Shown here piece after piece: positions 1-9,793 of a DNA stretch of 20,408 nt (positions within the stretch are counted from its first letter, which is position 1; each line of letters opens with the position of its first letter). The position numbers were made by a program, and so were the translations under genes. The notes under the pieces were generated by a model, which was not told the origin of the DNA, ran no database searches, and saw nothing but the letters and a program-made list of their open reading frames with translations. Source of the DNA: Calditrichia bacterium (lineage in GTDB: Bacteria > Calditrichota > Calditrichia > RBG-13-44-9); NCBI GenBank assembly GCA_037381445.1, contig JARRQT010000101.1, positions 1-20,408 on the forward strand. The letters are read 5' to 3'.

Positions 1-2
1 CA

Positions 3-473
3 GATTTTATACTATTGATTTTAGTAGCAATTGTCTTATTAATTTTCAGTCTTATATTCTTTGCATTTATTCATGCAAATTTTGGTTCCATATATTTCAG
101 CCAAGCAGCCTCTCAAACTTTAATAATATTAACCTCAGAAATAATAGAGAAAAATTTTACTTATTCTCAATTAATTAAAGAAAACCAGCGTCATGATAAT
201 TACAGTGATAAAACGGATAAGAAGAACTTTGTATATCCGGATTTCATACATTATCGGATTAATGAAAGATTATATAAAAATCAACCATTTAAGAAAAAAA
301 GATTTCGTGTTATTAAATTGATTTTTTCCTTACTGACATTACAATGGGGCGCATTCGGATCCAAACTGGAAAATAGCATTGCCAGACAAGAAGCATCAAT
401 TTATTCCATAATTGTCTTTTCTGATTTATGTTTCTTAACTATGGTCTGCATTATCTTATTTTTGGATCCATAA
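3..473 (+). CDS. AT-rich hypothetical membrane protein, probably 5'-truncated by the window edge
   Basis: Frame is open from base 3 (GAT TTT ATA CTA TTG...) to TAA at 471-473. Hydrophobic segments at both ends (ILVAIVLLIFSLIFFAF; IIVFSDLCFLTMVCIILFL). Much more AT-rich than the neighbouring genes. Confidence 0.55.
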   Translation, partial: DFILLILVAIVLLIFSLIFFAFIHANFGSIYFSQAASQTLIILTSEIIEKNFTYSQLIKENQRHDNYSDKTDKKNFVYPDFIHYRINERLYKNQPFKKKRFRVIKLIFSLLTLQWGAFGSKLENSIARQEASIYSIIVFSDLCFLTMVCIILFLDP

Positions 474-760
474 TAGAACTATTTTAATATTTTAACTAAT
501 GAATTTGATATTTATTATGATCATGAATATCCAATTCATGATATAACCATTTATTGCGGCAAAACCAAACAGCTGGTTGTTTTTGGGATTTTCAGTAAAA
601 TTATAGTTCACATTTTGTGGTTTCAATCACTTTGATTTCATGCTTTTTGGTGGGGTGAACATTAGCGTTTTTCCAGGCTATTTTTCACCCTATGAATAAA
701 ATTGTTTTTTCGGCCTGCCGCTCCGCGGCCTGTCAAATAGGACAGATTCGAAACAAATAA

Positions 761-2212
761 TCATTTCAGCAGCAAGAGTTTCCTCCTTGCTTCATATTCT
801 CCGGCTTTAAGTTGATAATAATAAATCCCGCTCGCCAGTCCGCTGGCATTCCAACTATATTTGTGCTTCCCGGTTGTAAGCCGCTCCGAAACAAGATTGG
901 CAACTTCCCTGCCGGTAACATCATACACTTTCAGGGTAACAAAGCTGCTCGCGGATAGCTGAAAGCTGATGGCAGTTGTTGGATTAAAGGGATTGGGATA
1001 GTTTTGATACAGCCGGAAACTTTGGATGACTTCCGGTTCCCGGGTCTGAACGATTGGAACGAGTCCCTCGGCATTGGTCTTTACCAGAAAAAAATCTGCC
1101 CAGCCGGCTGTATAGCTCTGGGAATAACCGGCAATCACATAGCCGCCATCATCAGTCGGGTGAGCATCCAGTGCTTCGTCAGTAGATGTGCCCCCAAATG
1201 TGCGCGTCCACAGGGTATCCCCTTGACTATCGGTCCTGATCAGATAGTAATCAGAGGATCCGGCACCCATGGAACGGGTCATTCCGCAAATCAGAAATCC
1301 ATTATCTGCCATCTTTTCTATACGGTATGCCCTCTCATCTGATAAACCACCATATGTCCTGGTCCAGAGTTCGCTGCCCAGATTGTCTGTTTTCATCAGA
1401 AATATTTCCCACCCTCCTGTTCCCAGGGTATTACTATGTCCGACAATCACAAAACCATCCGATACTTCCTGTATGCCATAGGCAAGTTCCGAACCGGGAA
1501 GGTCAATTGATTTCGTCCAGTCTACTGTACCGCCTACGCCAGTCTTAACCAGATAGATATAATCGGCGCTCGTTCCAACAGTCGTATCATCAACATAGCC
1601 AACGATAATATACCCTCCGTCGGAGGTTGCCTGCACAGACTTTCCATATAACCGGTCATCGGGCCCAAGACCGTATTTTTCTGCCCAGACGCTGTCCCCG
1701 CTGATGCTGGTTTTTACCAGCCAGTAAGACATCCGACCACCTGCCTCTTCAGCTTGTCCGCAGAGAATGTACCCCCCATCCGGCGCCGCTTTCAGATCGA
1801 AAGCCTGCTCATCATTTGAACCACCATATGTTCTGGTCCAGACTGTATCTCCCTGGTGATCTATTTTCATCAGGAAGAAATCACAACGTGCCGGTGCGAT
1901 GGTAACCACATCAGAACCTGCCACCAGAAATCCGTCCGAAGTTTCCAGCACTGCCCGCGCAATGGAAGAATATGTGCGTTTATAGATGCGCGTCCAGTTG
2001 GTATCACCAAACGCATCTGTTTTCACGACATAGATGTCCGGATTCATGCCGCCGGTACTCTGATCGCCAACCAGAATATACCCGCCATCGCTGGTCTGTT
2101 TCACCGCCCGGCTCTGTTCATGGAGATATGTACCATAATTTTTCTGAAAGGTAATCTGGGCCAGTGAAGAAAAAAACGGAATGAGAACCAGCAGGACTGC
2201 TAATTTTCTCAT
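761..2212 (-). CDS. Secreted beta-propeller-type repeat protein with T9SS type-A-like C-terminal sorting domain
   Basis: Signal peptide (MRKLAVLLVLIPFFSSLA|Q). About 7 repeats of 'T.DGGY...G......D.(Y/F)L.KTD..G...W..T.GG'. C-terminal LYQNYPNPFNP...VYDVTGREV...ASGIYYYQL...RKLLLLK. AAGGAG RBS upstream. Confidence 0.9.
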   Translation of the reverse strand: MRKLAVLLVLIPFFSSLAQITFQKNYGTYLHEQSRAVKQTSDGGYILVGDQSTGGMNPDIYVVKTDAFGDTNWTRIYKRTYSSIARAVLETSDGFLVAGSDVVTIAPARCDFFLMKIDHQGDTVWTRTYGGSNDEQAFDLKAAPDGGYILCGQAEEAGGRMSYWLVKTSISGDSVWAEKYGLGPDDRLYGKSVQATSDGGYIIVGYVDDTTVGTSADYIYLVKTGVGGTVDWTKSIDLPGSELAYGIQEVSDGFVIVGHSNTLGTGGWEIFLMKTDNLGSELWTRTYGGLSDERAYRIEKMADNGFLICGMTRSMGAGSSDYYLIRTDSQGDTLWTRTFGGTSTDEALDAHPTDDGGYVIAGYSQSYTAGWADFFLVKTNAEGLVPIVQTREPEVIQSFRLYQNYPNPFNPTTAISFQLSASSFVTLKVYDVTGREVANLVSERLTTGKHKYSWNASGLASGIYYYQLKAGEYEARRKLLLLK

Positions 2213-2308
2213 CAGATATCTCCTTCGTTTTTACCTGACAATTTAACTTAACCTCGACATAGTAAAGGACTTGCTTAGGATGTTAGCCGTCATCAGGTAA
2301 CCTTTCCA

Positions 2309-3829
2309 TTATCTCACCAAAATCATCTTCCTCGTTTCAACAAAACTTTGTCCTGTTCCTGTCGACGGATTTCCGGCTTTTAATTGATATAAATAGATCC
2401 CGCTGGGCATACCATGGGTATTCCACTGAATTTCATGACTTCCGGCAGCCATTTTTTGATTTACCAGAATGGCTACCTGCCGGCCAAGGATATCATAAAC
2501 AATCAATTGAACATCTCCAGATCCGGGCAAGTCAAATTGAATGTTGGTTAGAGGGTTGAACGGATTGGGATAGTTTTGTTTGAGGCAAAAGTTATCCGGA
2601 AGCGCCGGATTACCCGGTTCGGAGATGCCTGTTGCAAATCCGCTATAAATATAAACCACACCGGTTTCCTGTCTAAATGCCCCGCATAATACCTGATCTC
2701 CCTCGATAAAAACTGACCATCCCATCATATCAAGCTCACCGCCATCGCTTGCTATGATTTTAGCATGTTCTCTCCAATTTAAACCGTCACGTTTGAAGAA
2801 ATAAGCGCAACCGGAGTGGTTTCCATTGGTATCTTCATCAGGTGCACCTACCACAAGGTAATCTCCATCCATGGAAACGCTTAATCCAAAATCAATATTG
2901 TAAAAGCTTGAGCTTCCCTCAACCATTGCTTCTTCAGTCCAGGTAGTATCTTTACGGTGGTATATAAAGGCAGCGCCATTTGTTGCAGTTCGGGCCTGGG
3001 ATGACCCAACGGCAGCATAATCTTTGTAAATTGAAACAGAATGACCGAATAAGTGATTCATCTCCACATCAGAGGCGTTAAGTTTGGCCTGCTGTACCCA
3101 GTTTGCGCCATTGTCATAAAAGATGTAAGCCGCTCCCGGGTGGCTCTCAAATTCTTCATCAGAATAGGCACCAATAATTGCATAATTTCCATAGATAGAA
3201 ACAGAGATGCCAAATTTAGGATATTTGCCGGCGCTATTGCTTGCCACCAATTTAGCCGCCTCCACCCAGGCGGAACTGTCTCTCTTAAAAATATAGGCAG
3301 AACCGGTTTCAACGGAATTAATATGGTCAAAAGGGGCTCCGATTATAGCATAATCACCCCAGAGCGATACGGATGTCCCAAATTCATCATACGCCGAACC
3401 ATCACTCGGTACCAGCTTTTGCTGCTCCTTCCACTCGCCACTGGAATCCCGGTGAAAGATATATGCCGCACCGGATTGAATTCCATTTTCAGGATCCCTG
3501 AAAGCGCCTATCAAAATATAATCGCCACTTACGGAAACTGAATATCCAAACTGGGCCGAAATAGAGCTGTCCCTGGCTGTGAGCCGGCACTTTTCTTGCC
3601 ACACTCCATCGGATTTTTCAAAGACATATGCAGAACCAAAATGATCATAGGGATAGGGGGCGCCGGGAGATCCGACTACAATATAATTGCTATCGCTGGC
3701 AACTGCGTAGCCAAACATATAACTGTTTTGTCGATTTGAAGGTGTCAGCTTGATTTCATTGATCTGGGCATTAGTGGAATTCATACAAAAAATTGTAACG
3801 GTCAAGATACTAAAAATAAGGGGCCTCAT
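2309..3829 (-). CDS. FG-GAP repeat (integrin-alpha-like beta-propeller) protein with T9SS type-A-like C-terminal domain
   Basis: Seven 'FG.SVS..GDY...GA.......GAAYIF' repeats. Signal peptide. LKQNYPNPFNP tail. Start placed at ATG 3829 (MRPLIF) because GGAGG lies just upstream. Confidence 0.9.
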   Translation of the reverse strand: MRPLIFSILTVTIFCMNSTNAQINEIKLTPSNRQNSYMFGYAVASDSNYIVVGSPGAPYPYDHFGSAYVFEKSDGVWQEKCRLTARDSSISAQFGYSVSVSGDYILIGAFRDPENGIQSGAAYIFHRDSSGEWKEQQKLVPSDGSAYDEFGTSVSLWGDYAIIGAPFDHINSVETGSAYIFKRDSSAWVEAAKLVASNSAGKYPKFGISVSIYGNYAIIGAYSDEEFESHPGAAYIFYDNGANWVQQAKLNASDVEMNHLFGHSVSIYKDYAAVGSSQARTATNGAAFIYHRKDTTWTEEAMVEGSSSFYNIDFGLSVSMDGDYLVVGAPDEDTNGNHSGCAYFFKRDGLNWREHAKIIASDGGELDMMGWSVFIEGDQVLCGAFRQETGVVYIYSGFATGISEPGNPALPDNFCLKQNYPNPFNPLTNIQFDLPGSGDVQLIVYDILGRQVAILVNQKMAAGSHEIQWNTHGMPSGIYLYQLKAGNPSTGTGQSFVETRKMILVR

Positions 3830-3939
3830 ATCTTCCTCCAAATTTTTCTGCTTGCAATTGCATCATTTTTATTCCTGTTAGCTAAGCATCAAAAATCTCT
3901 TAGATCTATGTAATATATTAGGTTCAGGTTGAAGAACCC

Positions 3940-6900
3940 TTATCGAATCAGAAGCATCTTTCGGTTTTGGCTAAAACGGTCAGCATCCAATTTGTAGATA
4001 TAGAGCCCACTGGCAAAGCCGGTGGCATCCCAGCGCGCTTCATAAATTCCCGCCGGCAGTTGCGCTGAAACCAGGGTGGCTATTTCTTCACCAAGAATAT
4101 TGTATATTTTAAGGGAAACTAATCCGGCTCTGGGAATCTGAAATTCTATGTTCGTTATCGGATTAAAGGGATTGGGGTAATTTTGGAGAAGGGCATACGC
4201 TTTGGGAATACCCGTATCGGTTTCATCAATCCCCACTCCGCCGGTGACCGTTACGTTCAGCGACCGGCTGTAAAGCGTCAAATCGGGAGCAATGGTGTTG
4301 GTAATCTTACATATATAGGCGCCGTTGTCGCTCGCCTGCGCATTTGAAATGATATAAACGCTGTCCGTGGCTTCGGCGATGTCGCCGCCGTTCAGCATCC
4401 ACTGGTATTCATTTGCGCTGCCTGCCACGGAAACCGATAATGTCAAATCAGAATCGGCTGCAATCGTGGTGTCGACCCTTGTGCCCACACTGTCCTGCTG
4501 GTCGTAGTAAAAGGTCTCGATCCCAATGTTCGGTTCGATGTCCTCGAATGTAAATCTATTATGATTTATATCCAATAATTCAAGAGAGCTAATCGATGAG
4601 AGATCGGGCAAGTCAGTAAACAGGTTGCCGCGGATCCAAACCTCTCTCAGAGCGGACATATTTTTCACTTCCTCAGGAACAGCGCCGGAAAATTGATTTT
4701 CCGAAAGAAAAAGATATTGCAGTAAACCCAAATTCCCAATTTCAGCAGGAATACTCTGATCCAGATTGTTGGCATTCAGGTATAATCTCTGCAAATTTTC
4801 CAGGCCGCCGATCGTGGAGGGAATGGGTCCCGTTAATTGATTATAACTCAAATTTAGCCGGGTGAGCGCTTTCAGGTTGCCAATGTTGCCCGGAATAGAA
4901 CCTGTAAACTGATTATCATTCATATATAGGTATTGAAGATTGGTCAGCGACAGGATTTCGGGAATAATTCCGCCAGTAAAATTGTTACGATCCAGATAAA
5001 GGCGGTAAAGTTTGGAGAGCCTGGCAAAATCAGGAGGCAACTCTCCTTCCAGTTCGTTATCTGATAATGATAAATAGGACAGATCAGGCAGGTCAAAAAT
5101 TTCTTCGGGAATGGTTCCGGTAAAATTATTTGAGCTAAGATCCAGTGTCTGCAGCTTGCTGAAATTGCCTAATTCTCCGGGAATAGGTCCGGATAATTGA
5201 TTCCAGCCGAGCTCTAATGATCTCAGTTCAGTCAGAGAAAAAAGGGATGCAGGAATTAGAGACAACTGGTTGCCAGACAGGGAGAGCCTTTCCAATTGAG
5301 TCAGGTTCCCGATTTCAGTCGGAATTGCCCCTGAAAATTGATTCCAAGCCAGGTATATCTGCGTCAATTGTGTTAACTGTCCAATTTCAGCAGGGATTGC
5401 CCCCTCAAGCTGGTTTGAGCCAAGATTCAATCTCCTTAGAAGATTGAGGTTGCCGATTTCTGCAGGAAGAGAACCGCTCAGGTTGTTTGCATTTAATTCC
5501 AGAATTTCCAGTTTCAGCATGTCATAAACTTGTTCCGGAATTATGCCGGTCAGGTTGTTATTGAATAATCTAATTTCCGAAACCCGGTTATTTTTTACAG
5601 CTACTCCAAACCAGCTTGAGAGCGGATTTCCGCTCAGCCAGTTATCATGATTGGTCCAGTTGGCCCCGTCCGTGCTATCGTATAAAGCAACCAGCGCCAG
5701 GGAATCCAGTTCAATCCCGAAACCGCGAACGTTGAGGGATTGGGGGCGGCTGTAAAGCGTCAGATCATGTACCAAGGGGTTGGTTATTCTGCAGATGTAT
5801 TCCCCGGCATCCTCCGGTGCAACAGCATCAATTGTGTAGCCGGCATTTGTCGCACCCGGCAGCTCATAACCATCCTTGAACCACTGGTATTGATTCTGAG
5901 AGCCGCCGACTGAAACTTCCAGCACCAGGCTGGCACCCAAATCAACCTTAAAACTCTGAACCGAACCGACGCTGTCCTGCGGGGAATAGGTAAAATTGGG
6001 CAGGGATATATTGGGTTCAATATCTTCGAATGTAAATTTGTTGTCTTGAATATAAACCTCATTTAAGGAGCTGATAGCGGTCAGATCCGGCAACTCATCA
6101 AAGTAGTTCTCATTGATCGTTAACACTTTTAATTTAGTTAAATCTGTAATCTGCGGCGGGATCGCGCCGGTAAATTCATTTCCCTGCAAATACAAATATC
6201 CCAGTTCAGTCAGGTTGGTTATCTCAGTGGGCAGTTCTCCTGCAAGATGATTCGTATGCAGCCATAGCTGCGTTAGTTCAGTAAGGAGCCCGATTTCAGG
6301 CGGCAGTGAGCCGATGAGATTATTTTGATAGAGACGAAGGTTGGTCAAGCTGGTCAAATTGCCGATTTCAGGTGGAATAGCTCCTGTTAAATTGTTGCCG
6401 TCGAGTATAAGGCTTTCCAGTTTTAACAGATTGCCGATTTCAGCCGGTATAGAGCCTGTGAGGCTATCTACGCCCAAGTTTAATCTCTCCAGGTTTACCA
6501 AGTTGCCAATTTCCGGGGGAATCCCGCCCCCCAGATCGTTAACATCAAGCTGCAAGTTTATTAAATTAACAAGGTTGCCAATCTCGGGCGAGATCTGTCC
6601 CGTCAATTGATTTTGCCCCAGATCCATTGACTGCAATTGGATCATCGAATAAAATTCCACCGGAATGGTGCCATACAAATCATTGTTTTGCAGATCCAAA
6701 TCCGTCAAACTGTCCAATGTGGATAATACGACAGGAATTTCTCCGGCCAGTTGATTAGATGCGAGATCCAGCACTTGCAAGCTATCCAGGTTCCCGATTT
6801 CCGGGGGAATTTCTTCGGTGAAATTATTGCCAGATAGAGCCAGGCGTCTGAGGCTCCTCAGGCTACCCAGGCTGCCCGGTAACGCACCGGTGAAACCGTT

Positions 6901-7272
6901 GCCATACATGTCCAGCGCAATCATACGGGTGAGGTTTCCGATTTCCGCCGGCAACGGGCCTGATAGCTGGCTGTTATTGACAATTGTAATCTGCACCATA
7001 CCGGTCAGATCGCCGATCCCGGCGGGCAGGCTTCCGACCAGATTGTTGGACGGCAGAGAAAGCCGGTAGACCCTGTCATCAACGACGGTTACACCATACC
7101 ATGTATCGACTTCGCCGCTGAGCCAATTTTCATTATTGGTCCAGTTCGGACCATTGGTGCTGTTGTAGAGTGCCACCAGTGCCAAGGAGTCCTGCGCCGG
7201 AACCCCGGCCCAAAGGTGCGGAATAGAAAACAGAAGCACGATCAGGCAAACAACCTTTTGGGACGTTTTCAT
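3940..7272 (-). CDS. Large secreted LRR protein: 2x[DSLALVALY N-cap + 15 LRRs + Ig-like domain] + T9SS type-A-like C-terminal domain
   Basis: 24-aa plant-type LRR consensus LxxLxLxxNxLxGxIPxEIGNL. Two DSLALVALY.ST.G.NW caps at aa 28 and 523. Two Ig-like domains (YQW...D.G.YIC.ITN). LLQNYPNPFNP tail. Confidence 0.92.
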   Translation of the reverse strand: MKTSQKVVCLIVLLFSIPHLWAGVPAQDSLALVALYNSTNGPNWTNNENWLSGEVDTWYGVTVVDDRVYRLSLPSNNLVGSLPAGIGDLTGMVQITIVNNSQLSGPLPAEIGNLTRMIALDMYGNGFTGALPGSLGSLRSLRRLALSGNNFTEEIPPEIGNLDSLQVLDLASNQLAGEIPVVLSTLDSLTDLDLQNNDLYGTIPVEFYSMIQLQSMDLGQNQLTGQISPEIGNLVNLINLQLDVNDLGGGIPPEIGNLVNLERLNLGVDSLTGSIPAEIGNLLKLESLILDGNNLTGAIPPEIGNLTSLTNLRLYQNNLIGSLPPEIGLLTELTQLWLHTNHLAGELPTEITNLTELGYLYLQGNEFTGAIPPQITDLTKLKVLTINENYFDELPDLTAISSLNEVYIQDNKFTFEDIEPNISLPNFTYSPQDSVGSVQSFKVDLGASLVLEVSVGGSQNQYQWFKDGYELPGATNAGYTIDAVAPEDAGEYICRITNPLVHDLTLYSRPQSLNVRGFGIELDSLALVALYDSTDGANWTNHDNWLSGNPLSSWFGVAVKNNRVSEIRLFNNNLTGIIPEQVYDMLKLEILELNANNLSGSLPAEIGNLNLLRRLNLGSNQLEGAIPAEIGQLTQLTQIYLAWNQFSGAIPTEIGNLTQLERLSLSGNQLSLIPASLFSLTELRSLELGWNQLSGPIPGELGNFSKLQTLDLSSNNFTGTIPEEIFDLPDLSYLSLSDNELEGELPPDFARLSKLYRLYLDRNNFTGGIIPEILSLTNLQYLYMNDNQFTGSIPGNIGNLKALTRLNLSYNQLTGPIPSTIGGLENLQRLYLNANNLDQSIPAEIGNLGLLQYLFLSENQFSGAVPEEVKNMSALREVWIRGNLFTDLPDLSSISSLELLDINHNRFTFEDIEPNIGIETFYYDQQDSVGTRVDTTIAADSDLTLSVSVAGSANEYQWMLNGGDIAEATDSVYIISNAQASDNGAYICKITNTIAPDLTLYSRSLNVTVTGGVGIDETDTGIPKAYALLQNYPNPFNPITNIEFQIPRAGLVSLKIYNILGEEIATLVSAQLPAGIYEARWDATGFASGLYIYKLDADRFSQNRKMLLIR

Positions 7273-7331
7273 GATGAATATTCCTTATAATTGGTTGAAC
7301 AATTATTTGCTCATTTGATTAAAAGAGGATA

Positions 7332-8262
7332 ATGTTTTATTACGGAATAAATGAAAACCTTATCAAACCATACTCAGTTTGCAGATCGGACTTTCGATCA
7401 CGCTGGAAGGAAGCAGGAATAAGGAAGGCGGCTTTGTCAGTATAAACAATTTTGCAAGAGATTGATAAAAATCTTCTTCATTATTTGGAGATTTAATATG
7501 AGTGAGTTGAGATTTCTGGTTTCTGTGCTCATCAATATGGAGAGTCATTGGCGCTGCCATCTGGTCCCTGAATTATCATATATAAAATAGCTATTTATTT
7601 CAGGACAACAGCCTTTTTCGGAATAGGGAGTTATTACTTAATAACTGACAGTCACTACGTTGAATAACCAGGCTGCAATCCAGCACCCGGATTGTTTCTC
7701 CACCTGTATCATAATTTCTCCGATGATCTGCTCTACGAATATCTCCAAAGAAAAGCAGGCAATATTTCGCAAAACACGGGTTATTGGGCCAGGAGGCTGA
7801 TTCCCGTCGCCAATCCACCACGAATATGAAAACCTTGTCTTTGCATGGGAAACAGGCGCAACAGCTCCCCTTGCATTGAGCAAGACCATCGAAAATAAAT
7901 AAACACAATTTTGCTTCTGTTTATTTCAGAACAACTTTAGTCGATGTTATTAGATCATTGTGAGTCACTACAAGATAGTATAACATATTATCTCATTATT
8001 ATCAGCGTTTGGTGAAGGGACTGTAAATCGTGTATCGCCACAGCCGCGTCTATAAAACAGGCGCATAATCGGCTTTTAGCTCCGATGTGGCATGGGAAAT
8101 GGACGGATATGGCCGGTGCAGCCTTACCCGGACCCTGCTGGATACCTGAACCGATACCGGCGTCTCCAATGGGAGATTCTGCGAACCATCACCTCCAAGG
8201 CGGCGGAATGGGCAAATGAAAACCTTTTATTGGGAAGTTATCATCGAGGGGTACTGATATAA
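7332..8262 (+). pseudogene. Possible heavily decayed coding remnant(s), family unidentified
   Basis: Short protein-like fragments in shifting + frames (FSDDLLYEYLQRK; HEYENLVFAWETG; YLNRYRRLQWEILRTITSKAAEWANENLL) interrupted by stops. AGAGGA RBS plus ATG at 7332 opens only 37 codons. Confidence 0.2.
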
Positions 8263-8615
8263 GACGCATGCCTTATATGGCTCCTGGCCCGCCCGTACCA
8301 GCTCTAACAAAACTTTGTGGGGTGTCTCTTTTTCTGCAGTACATTACAGAGCAATTTTGCAGTGCAAATTAGACAGATTGCATTAATTCGGTCAGCGTGT
8401 AGGTTCCATGATAGCATGTAGCAGCCGTTTAGAGGTCCCGGATCGACGCAGCCCAACTAATCAGACAAAAAAGCCACGAAGTCAAATGAATTTGGTTTTT
8501 GGCAGGGATAAATTTTCTTGAATCCAAAGTTACTGAGCAGGCCAGGAATCATTGGCAGGGGGGCGATGGAGCAATATTTTGATGATGAAAACGGCAACAA
8601 TATAACTTTCAGTAT

Positions 8616-9776
8616 CTATTTCCGATCAATTTTATCCTTGCAGGGTTTGGCAGGCAAAATTCCCATCTGGTATTCCAGAAGTCCGGTCTTTAAACTGTCC
8701 GCCTCTCCTCTTTCCAGTTCACCACCCCGGACCAATTTCTCAAATACACTTTGCAATAGGGCACGGTTTTCGCCCGCCGAGAATTCTTCAAAACATTCAT
8801 TAAAAACCCGGCTTTCACAGCGTCGGAAAATATTGAGTATTGCAGCTGCCTTATTTTCCGAAAAATCAGCCGCATTAAGATCCACATAACGGCGGATATC
8901 ATTACCCAGGGTAACAAGATAAATGTGCATTTCTTCCGGGTCATAGACAATGCTCCATTGGGTATCCGCCTGCCGGACATTCTCCAGTATCCGGAAGGCA
9001 TAATTTACAGCGGCTTTTTGATCAGTATAAACAAACTGCTTCAGCAGCCATGCTGCTCTCACGAATCTTTCCTGGGAACCTGGCCCGTTCCTGATTTCAA
9101 GCTCTCCTCCGAATCCCTCATACCGGGAGAGATCCTCAATGGAATTTTCATAGCTATTATTGCTCAGCGCCGGCACCGGCAGATCCCCGCCGCTGTAGAC
9201 TCTCGTCCCGCCCGAAATAAACTCGATAACCGCAGACCTGCCGCTTCGATCAGCAATGAAATAATGCAGTGCAAATAAATATCGCCTGATTTCCGGATTT
9301 GAGAGATTGCTGATTACCTCCTCAACTGTCCGGTAATTATCAAGCTGATACTGTATCCATTGCAATTCATTGATCTGCTCCCGATCTTGGTTTCGGGGAT
9401 ACCCGGATGGCCAGTAGGACAACTCTTCAACCACCAGTCCCGCCTCATTCATTCCGCCAAGGGGAAATTCGATGCCAAACTGGTTAAACGTAACGCTGCC
9501 ATATTTTGATGTCCAGCGGGCCGCTTTTTCCCCTGGCGGAACAAAAGATAGTTTGGGAGCACCCCGTTTGTTGACAACAACGATGCCCTCGCCCACCAGC
9601 CAATCCAGGTTCTTTCCTGCCAGCAGTGAGTTGTTTGCCCGTAATGAAAAAGCGGTGCAGGCCCCATCGCCGGCAAGCGCGATAAAATGAGTCAACAGCA
9701 AAAGCGGTAATACCTGCATGAAACAAGATTTTGCCGATATCCAATTGACAAAATATGATACAGGCTTGTTCAACAC
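8616..9776 (-). CDS. Linear amide C-N hydrolase (Ntn hydrolase; choloylglycine hydrolase/penicillin V acylase family) with signal peptide
   Basis: Hydrophobic leader followed by the N-terminal nucleophile motif A|CTAFSL, then GKNLDW, W.SKYGSVTFN, GGMNEAGLVVE, LHYFIADRSG..AVIEF, LSNN, S.ERFVRAA, TQWSIVYD. The true start could be the downstream Met (MQVLPLL). Confidence 0.9.
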   Translation of the reverse strand: MLNKPVSYFVNWISAKSCFMQVLPLLLLTHFIALAGDGACTAFSLRANNSLLAGKNLDWLVGEGIVVVNKRGAPKLSFVPPGEKAARWTSKYGSVTFNQFGIEFPLGGMNEAGLVVEELSYWPSGYPRNQDREQINELQWIQYQLDNYRTVEEVISNLSNPEIRRYLFALHYFIADRSGRSAVIEFISGGTRVYSGGDLPVPALSNNSYENSIEDLSRYEGFGGELEIRNGPGSQERFVRAAWLLKQFVYTDQKAAVNYAFRILENVRQADTQWSIVYDPEEMHIYLVTLGNDIRRYVDLNAADFSENKAAAILNIFRRCESRVFNECFEEFSAGENRALLQSVFEKLVRGGELERGEADSLKTGLLEYQMGILPAKPCKDKIDRK

Positions 9777-9793
9777 TGCTTCTTCCTCCTTGT

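Noticed and set aside
2231..2300. Minus-strand GGCTAAC...GTTAAGT pair within a TTACCTGA/TCAGGTAA inverted repeat between two genes, attC-like at first sight
   Set aside because: Core-to-core span is only 43-48 bp with no L-box pairing. More likely an ordinary intergenic hairpin.
6341..7069. Repetitive + strand ORFs (LPISGGI...)
   Set aside because: Antisense shadows of the LRR codons.
8245..8308. GGTAC/GTACC and ATATAAG/CTTATAT stems reminiscent of a group II intron 3' end
   Set aside because: No domain V hairpin with a catalytic AGC/CGC triad upstream and no RT remnant.
8302..8434. CTCTAAC ... GTTTAGAG as a possible attC
   Set aside because: R' has an extra T, the arms inside the cores are not complementary, and no intact ORF precedes it.
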